From assembly GCF_001194135.2 (NCBI RefSeq), contig NC_068996.1, positions 30,276,817 to 30,337,606 of the forward strand: 60,790 nt of DNA. The letters are read 5' to 3'. Shown one piece after another: positions 11,077 to 25,523 of the stretch; the stretch's first letter is position 1, and each line of letters starts with the position of its first letter. This DNA comes from Octopus bimaculoides (Eukaryota). The notes under the pieces are model-generated. The model ran no database searches, had not been told where the DNA came from, and saw only the letters and a list, made by a program, of their open reading frames with translations. The position numbers and the translations under genes were made by a program.

Positions 11077-14000
11077 GTAAGAGTATTCAAACATGATAAT
11101 CATCTTTCTTGTATTATTAATTGCTGCAAGTGGAATCGGAGTCAAGCTATAGATGTATCCCTGGAAGTAAACTTTTGCTGAACTGTTACATTTAGTACCT
11201 CTTATTAATAAACTGTTTCATATTTTAATTCTATTAGCCATTCTGAAAACTTGACATTCAGAGATTTGATATGAACTCGTTTTCAGTTACTACAAAACAG
11301 ATATTTAAATCACACTAGAACTGACTACAGAGCTTAAACATTGACATTCATTCTTTTATATGTGATGATCTCCCTTCCTTTGTTCCATAAATGGTTTCTA
11401 ACTTTATGAATTTCAGTGATGTTAGCACTTCAATATTTGCAAATCCTGAAGAGTGCCATATCAACTGGTAGATGTGATTCTATGGAAAGCATATTGTAGG
11501 ACATTAGAGAGAAATTCAATTTGCATTGCACAGCCTTAAAGCAACTAAGGTGATTGGAATAAAGACAATAACTTGGTAGGTGGTATGAGTACAGAGGTTT
11601 CACTTTTTACAACAATATCTGGTTGCATATCTCCATAGATTGGAATTGGCTTCCATAGACAAAGCTTGAAGAGTCTAATAAAAATAGAAACTACCTCTAA
11701 AGTACATTGTTTGGCAGTAATGGAAAAGGAAGCCCTAAGGCTAAAAGGTGGATCATCTTGAATTACAAAGAGGAGAATAATGAAAAGTTACAAATATTTA
11801 GTTGCAGATTTTTCTCTTTTTTCTATTTTTTAGTAAGACACTAAACTGCAAAAACTTAGTGTTTTGATAATATCAGATGGTCCAACAGTCTTTGTCTTTA
11901 TTTATTTCAAACTGTCAATTTAGTGGAAGGCTGAGTTTATTTTTCACACTTAATGTGAAGAAAAATAACATGGATGGCTTCAGTAATTTACTTTCACCTT
12001 CAATAATTAAAAGAAACTTGTATAAATGTATCATATCTTGGTAGCTGTTGTTTGTTCTGAATTACTGGAATATAAAAAACACATGAAATTAAGAATGTTT
12101 AAACTTTTAGCATTTTAAATTTAAAAAGGCCATATCTGACCAAATATTCTACCTATTTTATGTTTAAACTGGCCAGACCCAGACTCTTACTCCCACCCTA
12201 CAATGTCTTTCTAAAAATAAACTATTACATCATCAAAATTCTCAAAGCTATAAGTCCTGATTAATTCAAAGAAGTGTGAATAAATATGCATTACATTTGA
12301 CAGAGTTATCTGGATACTAAAGGATTAATCCTTATTTTCTAAATAAAATTAGTTTTTCCTTATTATCATTACTGCTATGATGATATAAAAACAAGTTTAG
12401 GGCAACTGTCTTATTACTTATGCATTTCTTTTTTTTTTTAGCATTATTTTAATAAAATTTAGCAATTTTGACTTAAGAAGTTAACCTATTTGATTCAAAC
12501 ATAAACTTTCAGTTCACTTCATTTTCTTTTATGGATAGAAATATCAAAGTTGTGTTGATCAGAATATGGCTGGTTTTAATTAACTGTTTCTGTTCCAGGC
12601 AAAGCAGGATGAAGAATCAAAAGTTATTGGTGCTACAAGGATTTCAAACACAGATGCTGACAAAGATGTCATAATTCAAGATGTTGTTGCAAATGTGAAG
12701 TGGCAGATGTCACTGAATCGTAAAACTACAGCCCTGAAACAGTTACAGGGTCATATATGGAAGGAAGCATATAAGCTTGGAGAAATTAAAGGAGAGTATG
12801 TAAATTAATTGTTATTTACTTGTTGTATTATTCATGATATTGTTTCTTTTCTCATCCTTAATCTTCCCATAGAAATGATTGCAAGGACTAAAATTTATGA
12901 TACTATAGGTTCTCTTCTCTATAAAGTTATTTACAACTTGACATTTTGTTATAATTTCAAAACTAAATACTTTTTGTGGTACCAATTTCTTTATCTTCCT
13001 CAATTTATTTCATTTTGTCATCCTCATTATCATCAACACTGCTATTATCATCACTAGTCACTCTAGTGACTTCAACTTTGTATAAAGAGATGGTCTATCA
13101 GTTTGATGTCAGTGGTTGCCTTTCACTGATGCACCTTTAGCTGTTTGTAGGATTATTGCTACACCAATCAATTTCTGAGTAGAAACTTGTATAGTGTTTA
13201 AATAACCTAATATTTACAATGTCAACACTAACTATTCCTGGTGCACTTGCAGTTTTCTCTGCCTTAACAACCTTGATTGCTTTAACTGACAATGTTGAAA
13301 CTTATATTGTTTGTCCTTTTGTTTCATTATAAGATACATCCCTATCTCAATTCTAATTTCTTCAACAATATATAAGAACACTTCCATTCCACTGTCTTTT
13401 CACTTAGTCTTAGTGACAAGGGCATTGATGTTCTTTCACACACACATGCTTTACCCCAATTATGTTTCACATGAAAAACAGTCTGGCAATTTAATTTACT
13501 ACATTTTTTTCATGTTCATGATGTACACTTGAGCTCTTTCATTATTCCTACTTTGCCTCCTGACTTCTCTCCTTGCCACTCTTTTATTACTTCAAGATTT
13601 TTCTAACATCTTTTCAATCTGCTCCTTCACACTGTCCTGCTACCATGTTATCAGCCATCTGACAGGAGCCTTATCATCATCATCATCATCATCGTTTAAC
13701 GTCTGCTTTCCATGCTAGCATGGGTTGGACGATTTGATTGAGGACTGGTGAAATCTGATGGCTACACCAGGCTCCAATCTGATTTGCCAGAGTTTCTACA
13801 GCTGGATGCCCTTCCTAACACCAACCACTCTGAGAGTGTAGTGGGTGCTTTTACGTGCCACCGGCATGAGGGCCAGTCAGGCGGTACTGGCAACGGCCAT
13901 GCTCAAAAAGGTGTTTTTTACATGCCACCTGCACGGGAGCCAGTCCAGTGGCACTGGCAATGACCTCGCTTGAATGATTTTCAAATGTGCCACCAGCACA

Positions 14001-17000
14001 AGGGATAGAAGGTAACGCTGGTAACGATTACGCTCTAATGGTGCTATTTACAGGCCACTAGCACGGAAGCCAGACAGCTGCTCCTGGCTACAAAATTTGC
14101 CAAAGGCTTCCTGCAGGTATCCATTAATCTTTTTTTGTGTATGACTAAGGTAAAACATTTTGAGAAAAACTGTGGAATTTAATTACTTATAACTAAATTT
14201 ATTGGATGTTGTAATGTGGTTTAATTCTAATGGTTTTTAACTCTAATCATAAAGAGATTTAACATCTCTTTTTTAAGCTCTGATAATTTTAGCATTTGTT
14301 GCTTCTATAGGATCCTGAGTTAGGTACTATTATTGTTGTTTAGTCTTTTTATGAGTGGTATTTCAGCCATGATCAAGCTGTTGTTAAAGAGGTTGGGTTT
14401 GATTTAAGAGAATTTGATTGCTATTTCTAATACACTGCAACTATATAGAGACTCCCTTGTTGGATTAAAGGAACATAGGCTAGGCATTATTTATGGAGCA
14501 TTGATAGCTGAACTTTATAGTATTTGGGAACCAATCTACTTAGTGAGGTAATGTAGATAGTACACTCAACATATTGCATCATTTGACACCATTAACTAGT
14601 GCAAACAATATTCACTCAAAATTTCTGTTACATTATACAGCTTAGTATTAGATTGAGTAAAGCTATACAAAATACACATCACAGCAATCACAACACTTTG
14701 TATGCATGCCAGCTAAACTCCAGAATGCGACACATTCATAGATGATATCTTTTGAGAATTAACATTTTATTAATAATCTACTCATTGTAAACTTTTCTGA
14801 GCATGAATATGAATATTGTTTTTGAGAGCTCCTTTAAAGGGAGAAGAGGAGATTTGCTAATGTTCTACAGCATGAAGATCAGAGGCATGAAGTGTTCCAA
14901 ACTGCAAAACAGTGTATCAGAAAGATCATGATGTGAGTGAGAAGTGTGTGCTGATGGATAATGCTGTACTTACATTTAATAACTCTGTAAAGAAAGAGAC
15001 ATGGAAATACGTCTTTGAATGGCTATTAAACATAGAGAACATTTAAGAGAAAGAGTGTTTTCCTAATGTGGATCCAACAGAGAGACAGCAATATGATAGA
15101 TAAGGCAAGGAAAGTCTCTGCTCCATCAGGAACTACTGCTGAGATGCTTAAAATATTCTGGCAGAATATGACTGCCTAGTCACTTGTACAGTTAATCAGG
15201 TTGTTCAGAAAGGTGTTGTACACAATGACTAGTGGAGCACCATTAAAGTCAGCTGTTACTAGGCTAAAGCAGATGCATTAAATAGAAGTAATTACAGGGA
15301 GAGTTATAACCCAGTTTATTGGGAATGGAATTAGACGTTTTGTGCCATCTTCTTACTAAGACAACTTCACCTAGCTAAAAGAAGACCATTGCACTTGACA
15401 TTCATTGACCTGGAAAAAACATTTGACAGGGTCCTTGCTTTGTGATGTGGTGTAAGTGTAGATAATGTGGTTTATGAAAGCCACACAGGCCAAATGCAGG
15501 GTGTCATTAGTAAGGTGAGACTTAGCCATGAGTATAGTGTTGAATTTAGGGCACAAATGAGTTTATCAGGGCTTGGTTCTCAATCCCCTTTATTCATTTT
15601 TTTATTCATTAGTGTCCTTCGGGCCATAAGGGAATTTAGGATCAGCTACTTATTATATACTGATGACCTCATTCTCAGAGCAGAATCTGTAGTAGAAGTA
15701 GAAAAGAAATCATGGGAAATATTTTTTTTTTATATGTCCTTGTGGATCCCTCAACATGGTAGATATTTCATTTACCTAGGTGACCTAATTAAGGTGGTGG
15801 AAGATATTCTGAAAGTATAGTTGCTAGGATAAGAATAGGTTGGAGGAAGTTCAAAGGGTTATTACCCCTGTTGGGAACAAGGTCTCTCTTCCCCAGAGTG
15901 AGAAGCATCCTGGTTATGCTTGTAAACCCATTCTACTCTTTCAGCATTCCCCACACCTCATACCCCTAACATCTAGCCATCCATCACTCCTCTTTGACAT
16001 TAACTGGCAGCTATAATTACTTGAGGGTAGTATCAGGACATATTATTCTTCCCCATTTCTTTGCACTACCAGTTACTTCCTCCCGAGTGGAATCACTTCC
16101 ATCCCTTATTCTCATTATATTCTCTTTCTCAACCACACTATTTCCACTAACTACCTCTTTTCTGTGCCTTCAGTTATCTTTCTTCTCTGCCATACTCCAT
16201 TTCAGCACCCTCTCATATCTGCCATCATGTCCTATTCACTATAACCACCCTTATATATACCCTGTCTCTCTCCTCCACTCCTAGACCTTACAAATCACCC
16301 CACTACATTCTAATCCTTTCTGAACCACTTTTATCTCTCCCTCATTGCATTTCTCAATACTGATATTTCACATCAACTGCATCACCACCTTTGTTCATCA
16401 CTCACTACATTCACATCCACCCCCATCAATAACCATTTGTTACTCTCCCCTCACACTCTTATGACAGTACCCATTCTTTTTTGCCTCTCTTATGTTCACT
16501 TTGAGAGCTTGCTCTGATGCCCCATGACTACCATCTTTATCTCCTTCTCAAATACTCCCACCTACAACTATATGATGTACAGTAGCCATGTATCTCCTGT
16601 ACAAGGGTAAGCTGGAAAGTTCATAGGATAACTATGAAGGAGTGATGCTAGTGTTGTGAAGTCTTGCGTACATCAATTTCAACTCTTCTTATTAATGGTG
16701 TTATTTGTTTCCAAGTAAACCTACATCTAACTGTTTAAAGAAGACTTCAAAAGTAACTAGTAGCAACTTCTCTTGAAAATATGCAAAATTTTGGCTTGTA
16801 GTATTATCAAGTACCTGCTGAAAAAGGTTTTTAGCTCTCTAGGGCATTCATACTGACACGGTTGCTATATAAGGGATAACCCTCCAGCTTTATCAGCAGA
16901 GCAAAAGTGGGCAGCTACCACCACCAAGGAAAACATTGATTGTGTTCACCACATGGTGATGGATGGCAGACAATTGACTAAATAGCCAATGCTATAAGCA

Positions 17001-20000
17001 TATCCCATGGGAGAGTTGAGAATATTCTGAAAATTTGACATTGTTCGAGTTTCCTTGAACATTTCCTAAGCCAGTGTTGGTTTCATCTCATTGAACCAAA
17101 GGCAAAGAGACAATCCATGCAGTAGAAACATCCCTCTCCACCTGCTCCAAAGAAGGCCAAGGTCATTTCATCTTTGGGGAAGTGATGGCCTCAGTTTTGA
17201 GAGATGTAAACACCCTTGTGTTTATTAACTGAGGGCCACACCATCATTGGAGAGTACTTTACCAACTTGCTGAGACAGTTAGAAAAGGCTATCAAGACCA
17301 TGTGCCCAGGAAAACTGACAAAAGAAGTCTTGTTGCACCAGGACAATGTTCTAGCACACAAGTCCTTCGTTTCAATGGATGCTGTGCATGATTGTGACTT
17401 TTGAACTAGTTGATCACTCTCCCTATTCTCTTAACTTGGCCCCATCTTACTATCATCTGTTCCCCAACATGAAAAAAGACTTGGCTAGGAATAATGTTTC
17501 ACAGAGATGATGATGTCATATCTGCTGTTGATGACCTCATTTGGTCACATTCCATGAGAATATCTTGGTCAGCATATGAACTTTTTGACCAACTATTGTA
17601 TAACAGATTACCTATTCTTGTCCCTCTATCATACTTTAGCCCTTCAACATCTGGCACAAAGCACCACCACCCACTCTGTCTCTCAAATGCTCTTCTCCCT
17701 CGGGAGGACCTTTTACTCTTTTTTTTTTCTGCCAACCTCACTATTGCTGGTGGCACAAAAAATACACCCAGTACACTCTGTGAATTGGTTTGCATTAAGA
17801 GCACCCAGCTATAGAAATTGTATCAAAGCTTACACTGGAACTCAGTGCAGCCTTATGGCTAGCTGGATCCTGTCAAACATCCAGTCCATGCCAGCATGGA
17901 AAACAGATATTAAATGATGATGATGGTGACCAGTGCTGGAGACGCACACTTTCTGTTGGGGTAGAGGCATCAAACATTAGAGTGAGCTGAGTTTTAATAA
18001 AGCTGGTAAATGGTATTTAGCAGCCATTCTAATCATTGTAGAACATTTGATACAGCACATTTGGATGGGAGTTACTTAGTCTACTTTGCTTTTATACTCC
18101 CTCTCACCTCAAACTGCATACACACATGCAGTTGATAGTACAGATATTAATTGTATTATCTTATTCCTAGTAACTGGGTATGGTTGCTGTTAGCAAATTC
18201 TTATGAAGTCATGTCAACAATTTGAACTGGCTACTGTACCTACATTCATCCTAACACAACACTTTGAATGGCTATACATGTGTTTGGTTGCTGTGACAAC
18301 TCTGGGAGGAATGCATATTATAGTATTTTGGCCAGAAATTTATACTGATTCATACTTTGCTTCAGTTGAAGTTTGTTGGTTGTCAGTAAATCTTTTATGA
18401 AAGTGTTATCCCTTGATTGCTGCAGCATGTGATATGATTTCCTTTCTGTGGGATGCTCAAGACATTATTTTTTCAGTCTTCAAGAACAGATTTATAGTTC
18501 CAGAACTAGTTACATATTTTGCACATTCTGCTAACAACACATTCTCTCTGGACTATAAATCTTGCATTAATTCCATCAAAGCTAAACAATTATTTTTCAA
18601 CCTCTCAAACTTCAAAACAAATGAACTTCAGTGGTTAAGATTGAAAAGGCAAGGGGTGGGAGACATAACAAGGATGATGAGAGGAAGATTGAGACTAAGT
18701 TTCTCACAGAGTTCAGAGGCAGCAGGTTTTATGCTCACAAAAGCTGAGCAATACTTCATTGTGAACCTCACCTGAGTTTCAAAGATTATCGATGGTTATT
18801 CATAGCCTAAATTATTTTCTGGTCCTCAAGAGATGATTGAGCTGCAGACCTAGCAATAGGATGTATGTTTATAACATACATCCTAGCAATAGGTGATAGT
18901 GAGTGCTAACATTTTCAGTGATTATGAGGACTCTATTTGTGTATTGTAGACAGAGTGCAATGATTTTTTTCTTGACGTGACTAAAAGATACAAAATTAGC
19001 ATGATACCTTTGAAGATGGTGTGGAAAAGACCATACCTTAGGACATACCAGAGTATGGCAAGATTTGAAGCTTTATTTCAAATACAAATATTTGTTTCTT
19101 TGTATTTTTTTTTTAATATTATAACTCTCTGATTATTTGAAATGTTTGTTCAGGCTTTTCAGTGATGTTGTACCTGTTTTGCATCAGTTGAAAGAAATGG
19201 GCATGAAACTTTACATTTATTCTTCAGGAAGCATTGAAAGCCAAAAACTCCTTTTTTCTCACATACCAGAAGGAAATATTATTGATGTGAGCATTATATT
19301 TTTTTAAATATGAAATTTTGATAAAATTTTGCTTTAAAAAATATTTGATAAGCATTTTGGTGCATGTGGATGTGTAAGTGTATGAATAGATATTTTTGTT
19401 TGTCAATCTAGGAAAGCTGGCTGGCTTCAAACATTTTCCGGCATTTCTTGCTGGACTACAGGCATAAGAACTGGATTAATGTTCAGTTACAATTGTTGCA
19501 GACCACTGATTGAATAAAAGGAAATTGTTCTGTGGTTGAAATACTTGAACTAAATGTTTAATATAGCACTAGTACTAGAAGTGGAATAAGGAATGTCACC
19601 AAATTTAAAGAATATAAAGAGCTGTAAAGATGAGCAAGTGATTAAAGTACATAGCAAAACGAAGCTTGCTAACCAGGCAGAGTTTTGTTTACTGTTCAGA
19701 TGTACTGTTACATATGTATTAAACTTGAACACTCTTGAACCTAATAGAAACTGAGAAACAGTATCTCTTGTAGCCAATTTTGTCCAAGTAAGGTAATAAT
19801 CTCTAAATCTATTAAACAACAAACCGTTTGGACGTGCCTTTGCAGTGGACTAGAAGCCAATAACACTATCAGGAAGTCATTGTTTACAAACCAGTGAATG
19901 CAAAGAAAATACAAACTCACTCACACAAACATACACATATTTATACACAATGGGCTTCTTTCAGTATTCGTCTACTCAATACATTGATTACAAATATATA

Positions 20001-23000
20001 CCATATGTTTTTTAGATTTCCTCCTTAGGGAAAACTGAACAATATTTTCGCCATAAACCAAATATATCAAGGAAATAATCATTTATTTTTAAAAAAAACT
20101 TTTCTTCAATATCTAATATGGCTCAATTCCACATTATTATATTTTATGACAATTATGTAAGTGCTTCCCTTTTAATACTTCTTTACTTGAGTTTGTATGT
20201 ATTTTGTAAAAAATTTTCCCCTCTACTAATTCAGGGATGATACAACCTGTAGCCAACAAATTAGTAAAGAGACTCCCTTTATTACAAAATACAGACCACT
20301 TTTGAACGCGTCTACAATAAATGACATATCCACTGCAGCCTTAGAATAACGCAAACACACGCAAATGTTAAAAATGATACATTCAAGAGATTCCCAAGAA
20401 TTCATAAAAAAAGTCCCAATCACTGCTATAATCCACAACGAGCCACTTTTAGGTCACTTGACCATTTAACATCCTACTACTATCATACCACCTGCATTCC
20501 TTTATTATTCTCTCTTCTCTTTTCCTTTCTTCTTCTTTGTTTTCTTCCTCTCCGCTACCTCCTTCCTTACTTTACTACTATTGCTGTTTAGAATAACACC
20601 TACGCAAATATTATAAACAATACATTCAATAGAAATGTCTCAAGAATTCAATCACTACTACCATCCACAACAAGTCACTTTCGGGGCACTTGACCATTTA
20701 ACATCCTACTACTATCATGCCACTCCTGCATTCTCCTCTTCCTCCTCCTTCTTCTTCATCTTCTTCTACATCTTCTTTGCTAAGAATTCATAATAGGCGC
20801 AGGAGTGGCTGTGTGGTAAGTAGCTTGCTTACCAACCACATGGTTCCGGGTTCAGTCCCACTGCGTGGCACCTTGGGCAAGTGTCTTCTACTATAGCCTC
20901 GGGCCGACCAAAGCCTTGTGAGTGGATTTGGTAAACGGAAACTGAAAGAAGCCGTTCGTATATATGTATATATATATGTGTGTGTGTTTGTCCCCCCACC
21001 ATCGCTTGACAACCGATGCTGGTGTGTTTATGTCCCCGTAACTTAGCGGTTAGGCAAAAAGAGACTGATAGAATAAGTACTAGGCTTACAAAGAATAAGT
21101 CCTGGGGTCAATTTTCTCGACTAAAGGCGGTGCTCCAGCATGGCCGCAGTCAAATAACTGAAACAAGTAAAAGAGTAAAGAGAATGACCTTGAACCCAGA
21201 AGAGTAAACAAGAGAGACAGAGGCAGGCAGAAACAAGGAAAATACCCCTTGTATTTGAATACTATGCAAATATTCTTTTAAAAAGCATTTCTTTTAACTT
21301 TTCCAAAATTTGTTTTCCATACTTACAGTTGAAAAAGTCTCAATGACTGAAACAGGTACTGAAATGTTTTTTATTAAATTATTTTACAATNNNNNNNNNN
21401 AATAATAACAATAAATGGAGCAAAACGCATATAAATAAAAGTTCCTTTAATTCCTACATATGTCTCAAAATATATGTGCACTCTACTCCAAAGAAGTAAG
21501 AGCTGCTGGAATTGCACATATATTCATCCAAGACACATAACTAGTAATTTGGTTAGGAGTATCTCAATTAAGCTTTCCAAACTTTCCTCTAACTCCCAAA
21601 TTTTCAATAAGGAGGCTGACTTTTATAATTCAGCCTTATTGAAGGCAGGTTATAAAGACAAGGTAAGGTACTTTGGCTCTTTTAGTGATCTTTCTCCTTT
21701 TACACAACATGATGCCCCCTCTGCTGGCATAGATAAACCCACTTCTATTTCTTCCCATTTTTCTCACTTTACTGAGAAAGTGGAACATGCTTATCACTCA
21801 CATAAGAGAGGAGGCCCAACTGGCTCTAAACACTTTAACAAATACAAAAATATTTATTTATTTAACCACACTAATACTGTATCTAGATCTGTTGATAATA
21901 TCTGGCTCATCCTCCCGTTTGGGAAGCAAGTTAAATCAAATTTGATCCGCCAGTTCCAAGACGCGGTGAGTAGGAACTTTCCTAGGGGTTCCCACTATTA
22001 CCCAATAATCAACTCGCATAAGGTTAGATTTGGGTTTTCTAATACTAAAAAGTTGTTACAAATTATTTCTTCCCATAATTTCAGGCTTTTAGATTCATCT
22101 CTAGACAGCCATCCCAGTTATGATGATAATAATAGTAATGTTCATATCAATAACAATAATAATTACTCTAATAATTTAACACACACATATGATGGCAATA
22201 GTCATTTAGGTATAAATATAGGTAGTATGTGCAATATTAGGAAACATAACAATAGCTGTAACAATAATATTAGCATCTCGGAATTAAATCCTAATAAAGT
22301 TAAGTTTTTAAGTGCAAATGCCAAGAATGTGGTTTATCAATGCAAGGTAATGTCTCATGCTGATGTCTCGTTTTACGTAGGTAGCTCATCGACGCAGGTC
22401 TCCAAGAGAATATCAAACCATTATTCTTCATATAGGGATAGAAATAAAGCTAACACCACGGCCTAAGTAAATTTATTTGGGAACTGAAAGATTGCAATAA
22501 ACAATTCTCTTTGGAATGGTCTATATTGGCTACCTCGGTTCCCTACGACAAAGGTAAGGATTTTTGTCCTCTTTGTAACTTAGAGCTTTTCCATATTCTG
22601 TTCTCCAAGAATCGCCTAGTTAACCAGATAACACAGAGAGTGTATCGATGTCAGCACTGGCAGAGACATACCTTCATTTATTATCATTAATTCCATTCTT
22701 CCAACTAGTTTAAGGCTTTAGGTATTATTATTATTATTATTGTTTTTTTTTTGTTTTTTTACCAAATGTCCTCTGAATAATATCTTTTAATATAGTCTTA
22801 AATAATATCTATTTCTGCATCCATAGCCACTTGTCTTTTATTTTCCCCTTCTATAGTTGGTTAAGTAATTCCTTCCCAGTAATGCTACATTAGCTGTCTT
22901 TGTACCACTAGTAACTTTAACTAAATATACCTGATCTTCTCCTTGTAAGCATGTATATTATTGTTGTTATTATTTCTCAACAAAATATCTTGTACCTTGT

Positions 23001-25471
23001 TCTACCACTGATTTGTGTTAACATCCGTATATTAATATATTACAAGGCAATGATGTTTCATTTATCATGATTACATTCTTCGCTTCAAATCAGTATGTTA
23101 TTAACTTTAATATTTTTATTATAATCTTAAACAATATCTATTACTGCCTCCATCGCCACTTGTCCTTTATTTTCCCCTTCTAGAGTTGGTTAAGTAAATT
23201 CTTCCTAGTATTGCCACATTGGCTGTGTTTGTACCATTAGTAACTTTAACTAAATATTCCCGATCTTCTCCTTGTAAGCTTACATATTATTATTATTATT
23301 ATTATTATTTCTCAACTAAATATCCTGTACCTTGTTTTACCATTAATTTGTGTTAATATCCGTATATTACTATAATATATTACAAGGCTATAATGCTTTA
23401 TTTTTTATATTTACATTCTTCGCTTTAAATTAGTGTTATTATTTTTTTCCTTAAGGAGAATTTTTTTTTTTTTTTTATATATATAGGATGAACTCTCTTG
23501 ATTCTCTCCCTTCCTTCACATTTGATTAGCTTATAGTTTACGGCTTCAGTTTACTTTGCTGTGATCCATTTTGCCCCCCTCCCCCATATTTTAACAATTT
23601 AATTTAAACCTTTAGTATAGTGTTTACAGCACCCCCTCTCGTTATAACTCTATGTAAACCAGCATTCTTACTTCTAACGGTCACTTACTTGGCCATATAA
23701 TATTATAATTCGTAAGTGACCGTATCATTTCGCTTTTGTCTTGCTTCTATATATTGGTTCCCTGACGATGAATATATATGCAATTCCAGCAGCTCTTACT
23801 TCTTTGGAATAGAATGCATATATATTTTGAAACATATGTAGGAATTAAAGGAACTTTCATTTATATGCATTTTGCTCCATTTATTGTTATTATTCATATC
23901 TACTCAAAATGCATCACTTTAACTTGGTATCTCTACCTATATAACGAGTCTGATATCCTTTCTTTGTGTGATTTTTGCTACCCATGGTAACCATTAACAT
24001 ATTTACATTGTCNNNNNNNNNNNNNNNNNNNNNNNNNNNNNNNNNNNNNNNNNNNNNNNNNNNNNNNNNNNNNNNNNNNNNNNNNNNNNNNNNNNNNNNN
24101 NNNNNNNNNNNNAACTTGTCTACTACCTTCAGAATCGTTCCTTCAACCAAGATAGCTGGTTTTTACATACGGATTTCTTGATGCAGGCTGGAACATTACA
24201 ACAGTCTTGTCCAGGCTAATGCCAAGTCCAAATGCCTTGCAAGACACAGAAATGCCATTCATGAGTATTTGCATGTCATCCACTGTATGAATGACTAAGT
24301 CACAGTCATCTGCATAAAGGAGGTCACGAATAATAGACTGGAGAACCTTTGAATTGGCAGCAATTACTGTGCATGTGTACTGACATCGCTTCTCTACAAC
24401 AAGGGATTCACCTAAGCCAGTTGTGGAAATTCCCACCCCTGAGAGACCAATACTGGTGATTCCTGGTGGGCCAGGGACTTTCTCTGACTTCATATCTTTA
24501 ATTGCTTTATCTACTAAGCTACTGTCAATTCAAATAGCCAGCCTCTCTGTTGGGTCCACATTAGGCAGGCTCCCCTTATCCCATGCATTCTCAACCTTTC
24601 ATGGTTGGCATTTCCAAGCTTCCTTCTTTGCAGAGTCACTAACTGCAGCTGAGCCATTATCCATGTGAATATACTTCTACAACATCACGGTTTTCTCTGA
24701 CACACTCTCTTGAAATCTGAAACTCCTCTAGCCTTTTTGTCCCTCTCTCATATTCCTTAATCCCTTTACCCCCTCCCTCTTATCTCTCAATCTCTTTTGC
24801 TTTCCTTCCTCACCTTCCTTGTACCTTGTTTCTCTCTCTCTCTCCCACTCACATTCTGTAATCCCTCCCTCTCGTTATTTGGTCCTGATTTCTTTCCTCT
24901 CTCACATATTCCTTAGTCCCTCCACCTTCTTCAACTCCTCTCCTCCTCGACCACGTGATCACTGTCCGGTTTATGCATTGTCGTTCTTTTTCGGCTGACC
25001 GCGTTCAAAGTCAGTTGCATCTGTTGTTCTGTCTCACCACCCGGTCAGTAAGATTTTTCCATCTCCTTTTTCCTTGCGCTAGCTTACTACACCGTCTGAT
25101 AGTCAAAAGACTGTTTTGTTTTATTTTTGTTGTATAGCCGAAAGGCTTTTGTCCATTGTATATGTATAATTCTATTTCTTATGTTACATTTGTCTGATAT
25201 TCGAGGGACCCTTTCTGTTTGTTATTTCCTTGTGTTGGTATATGTACATTAGTTTGCCTTGCTCAGGGGCTTAATGCCATCAGCTTAAGCCCTTGGTTGA
25301 ACTGGTTTTGAGTAGTATCGGAAAGGATTGGGCAAAACTATGTAGACATTCCAGACTCTGACTGCGAATGATCCGTGTATCTTGTTTTGTCCTGTTTGCC
25401 ATTATTGTGCTATTGTCCTTTTCCTGCTTGTAATGTTTTGATGATTTCTGTCTGTTTTGTTTTTACCTTTG

Positions 25472-25523
<52 letters not shown>

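Noticed and set aside
20795-20870. tRNA gene-like A/B boxes (also at other SINE heads)
   Set aside because: No cloverleaf; the sequence continues into a SINE body.
21474-22466. 330-aa ORF as a host GIY-YIG nuclease gene
   Set aside because: It starts in an inverted repeat, is frameshifted, is intronless within an intron and has Penelope hallmarks.
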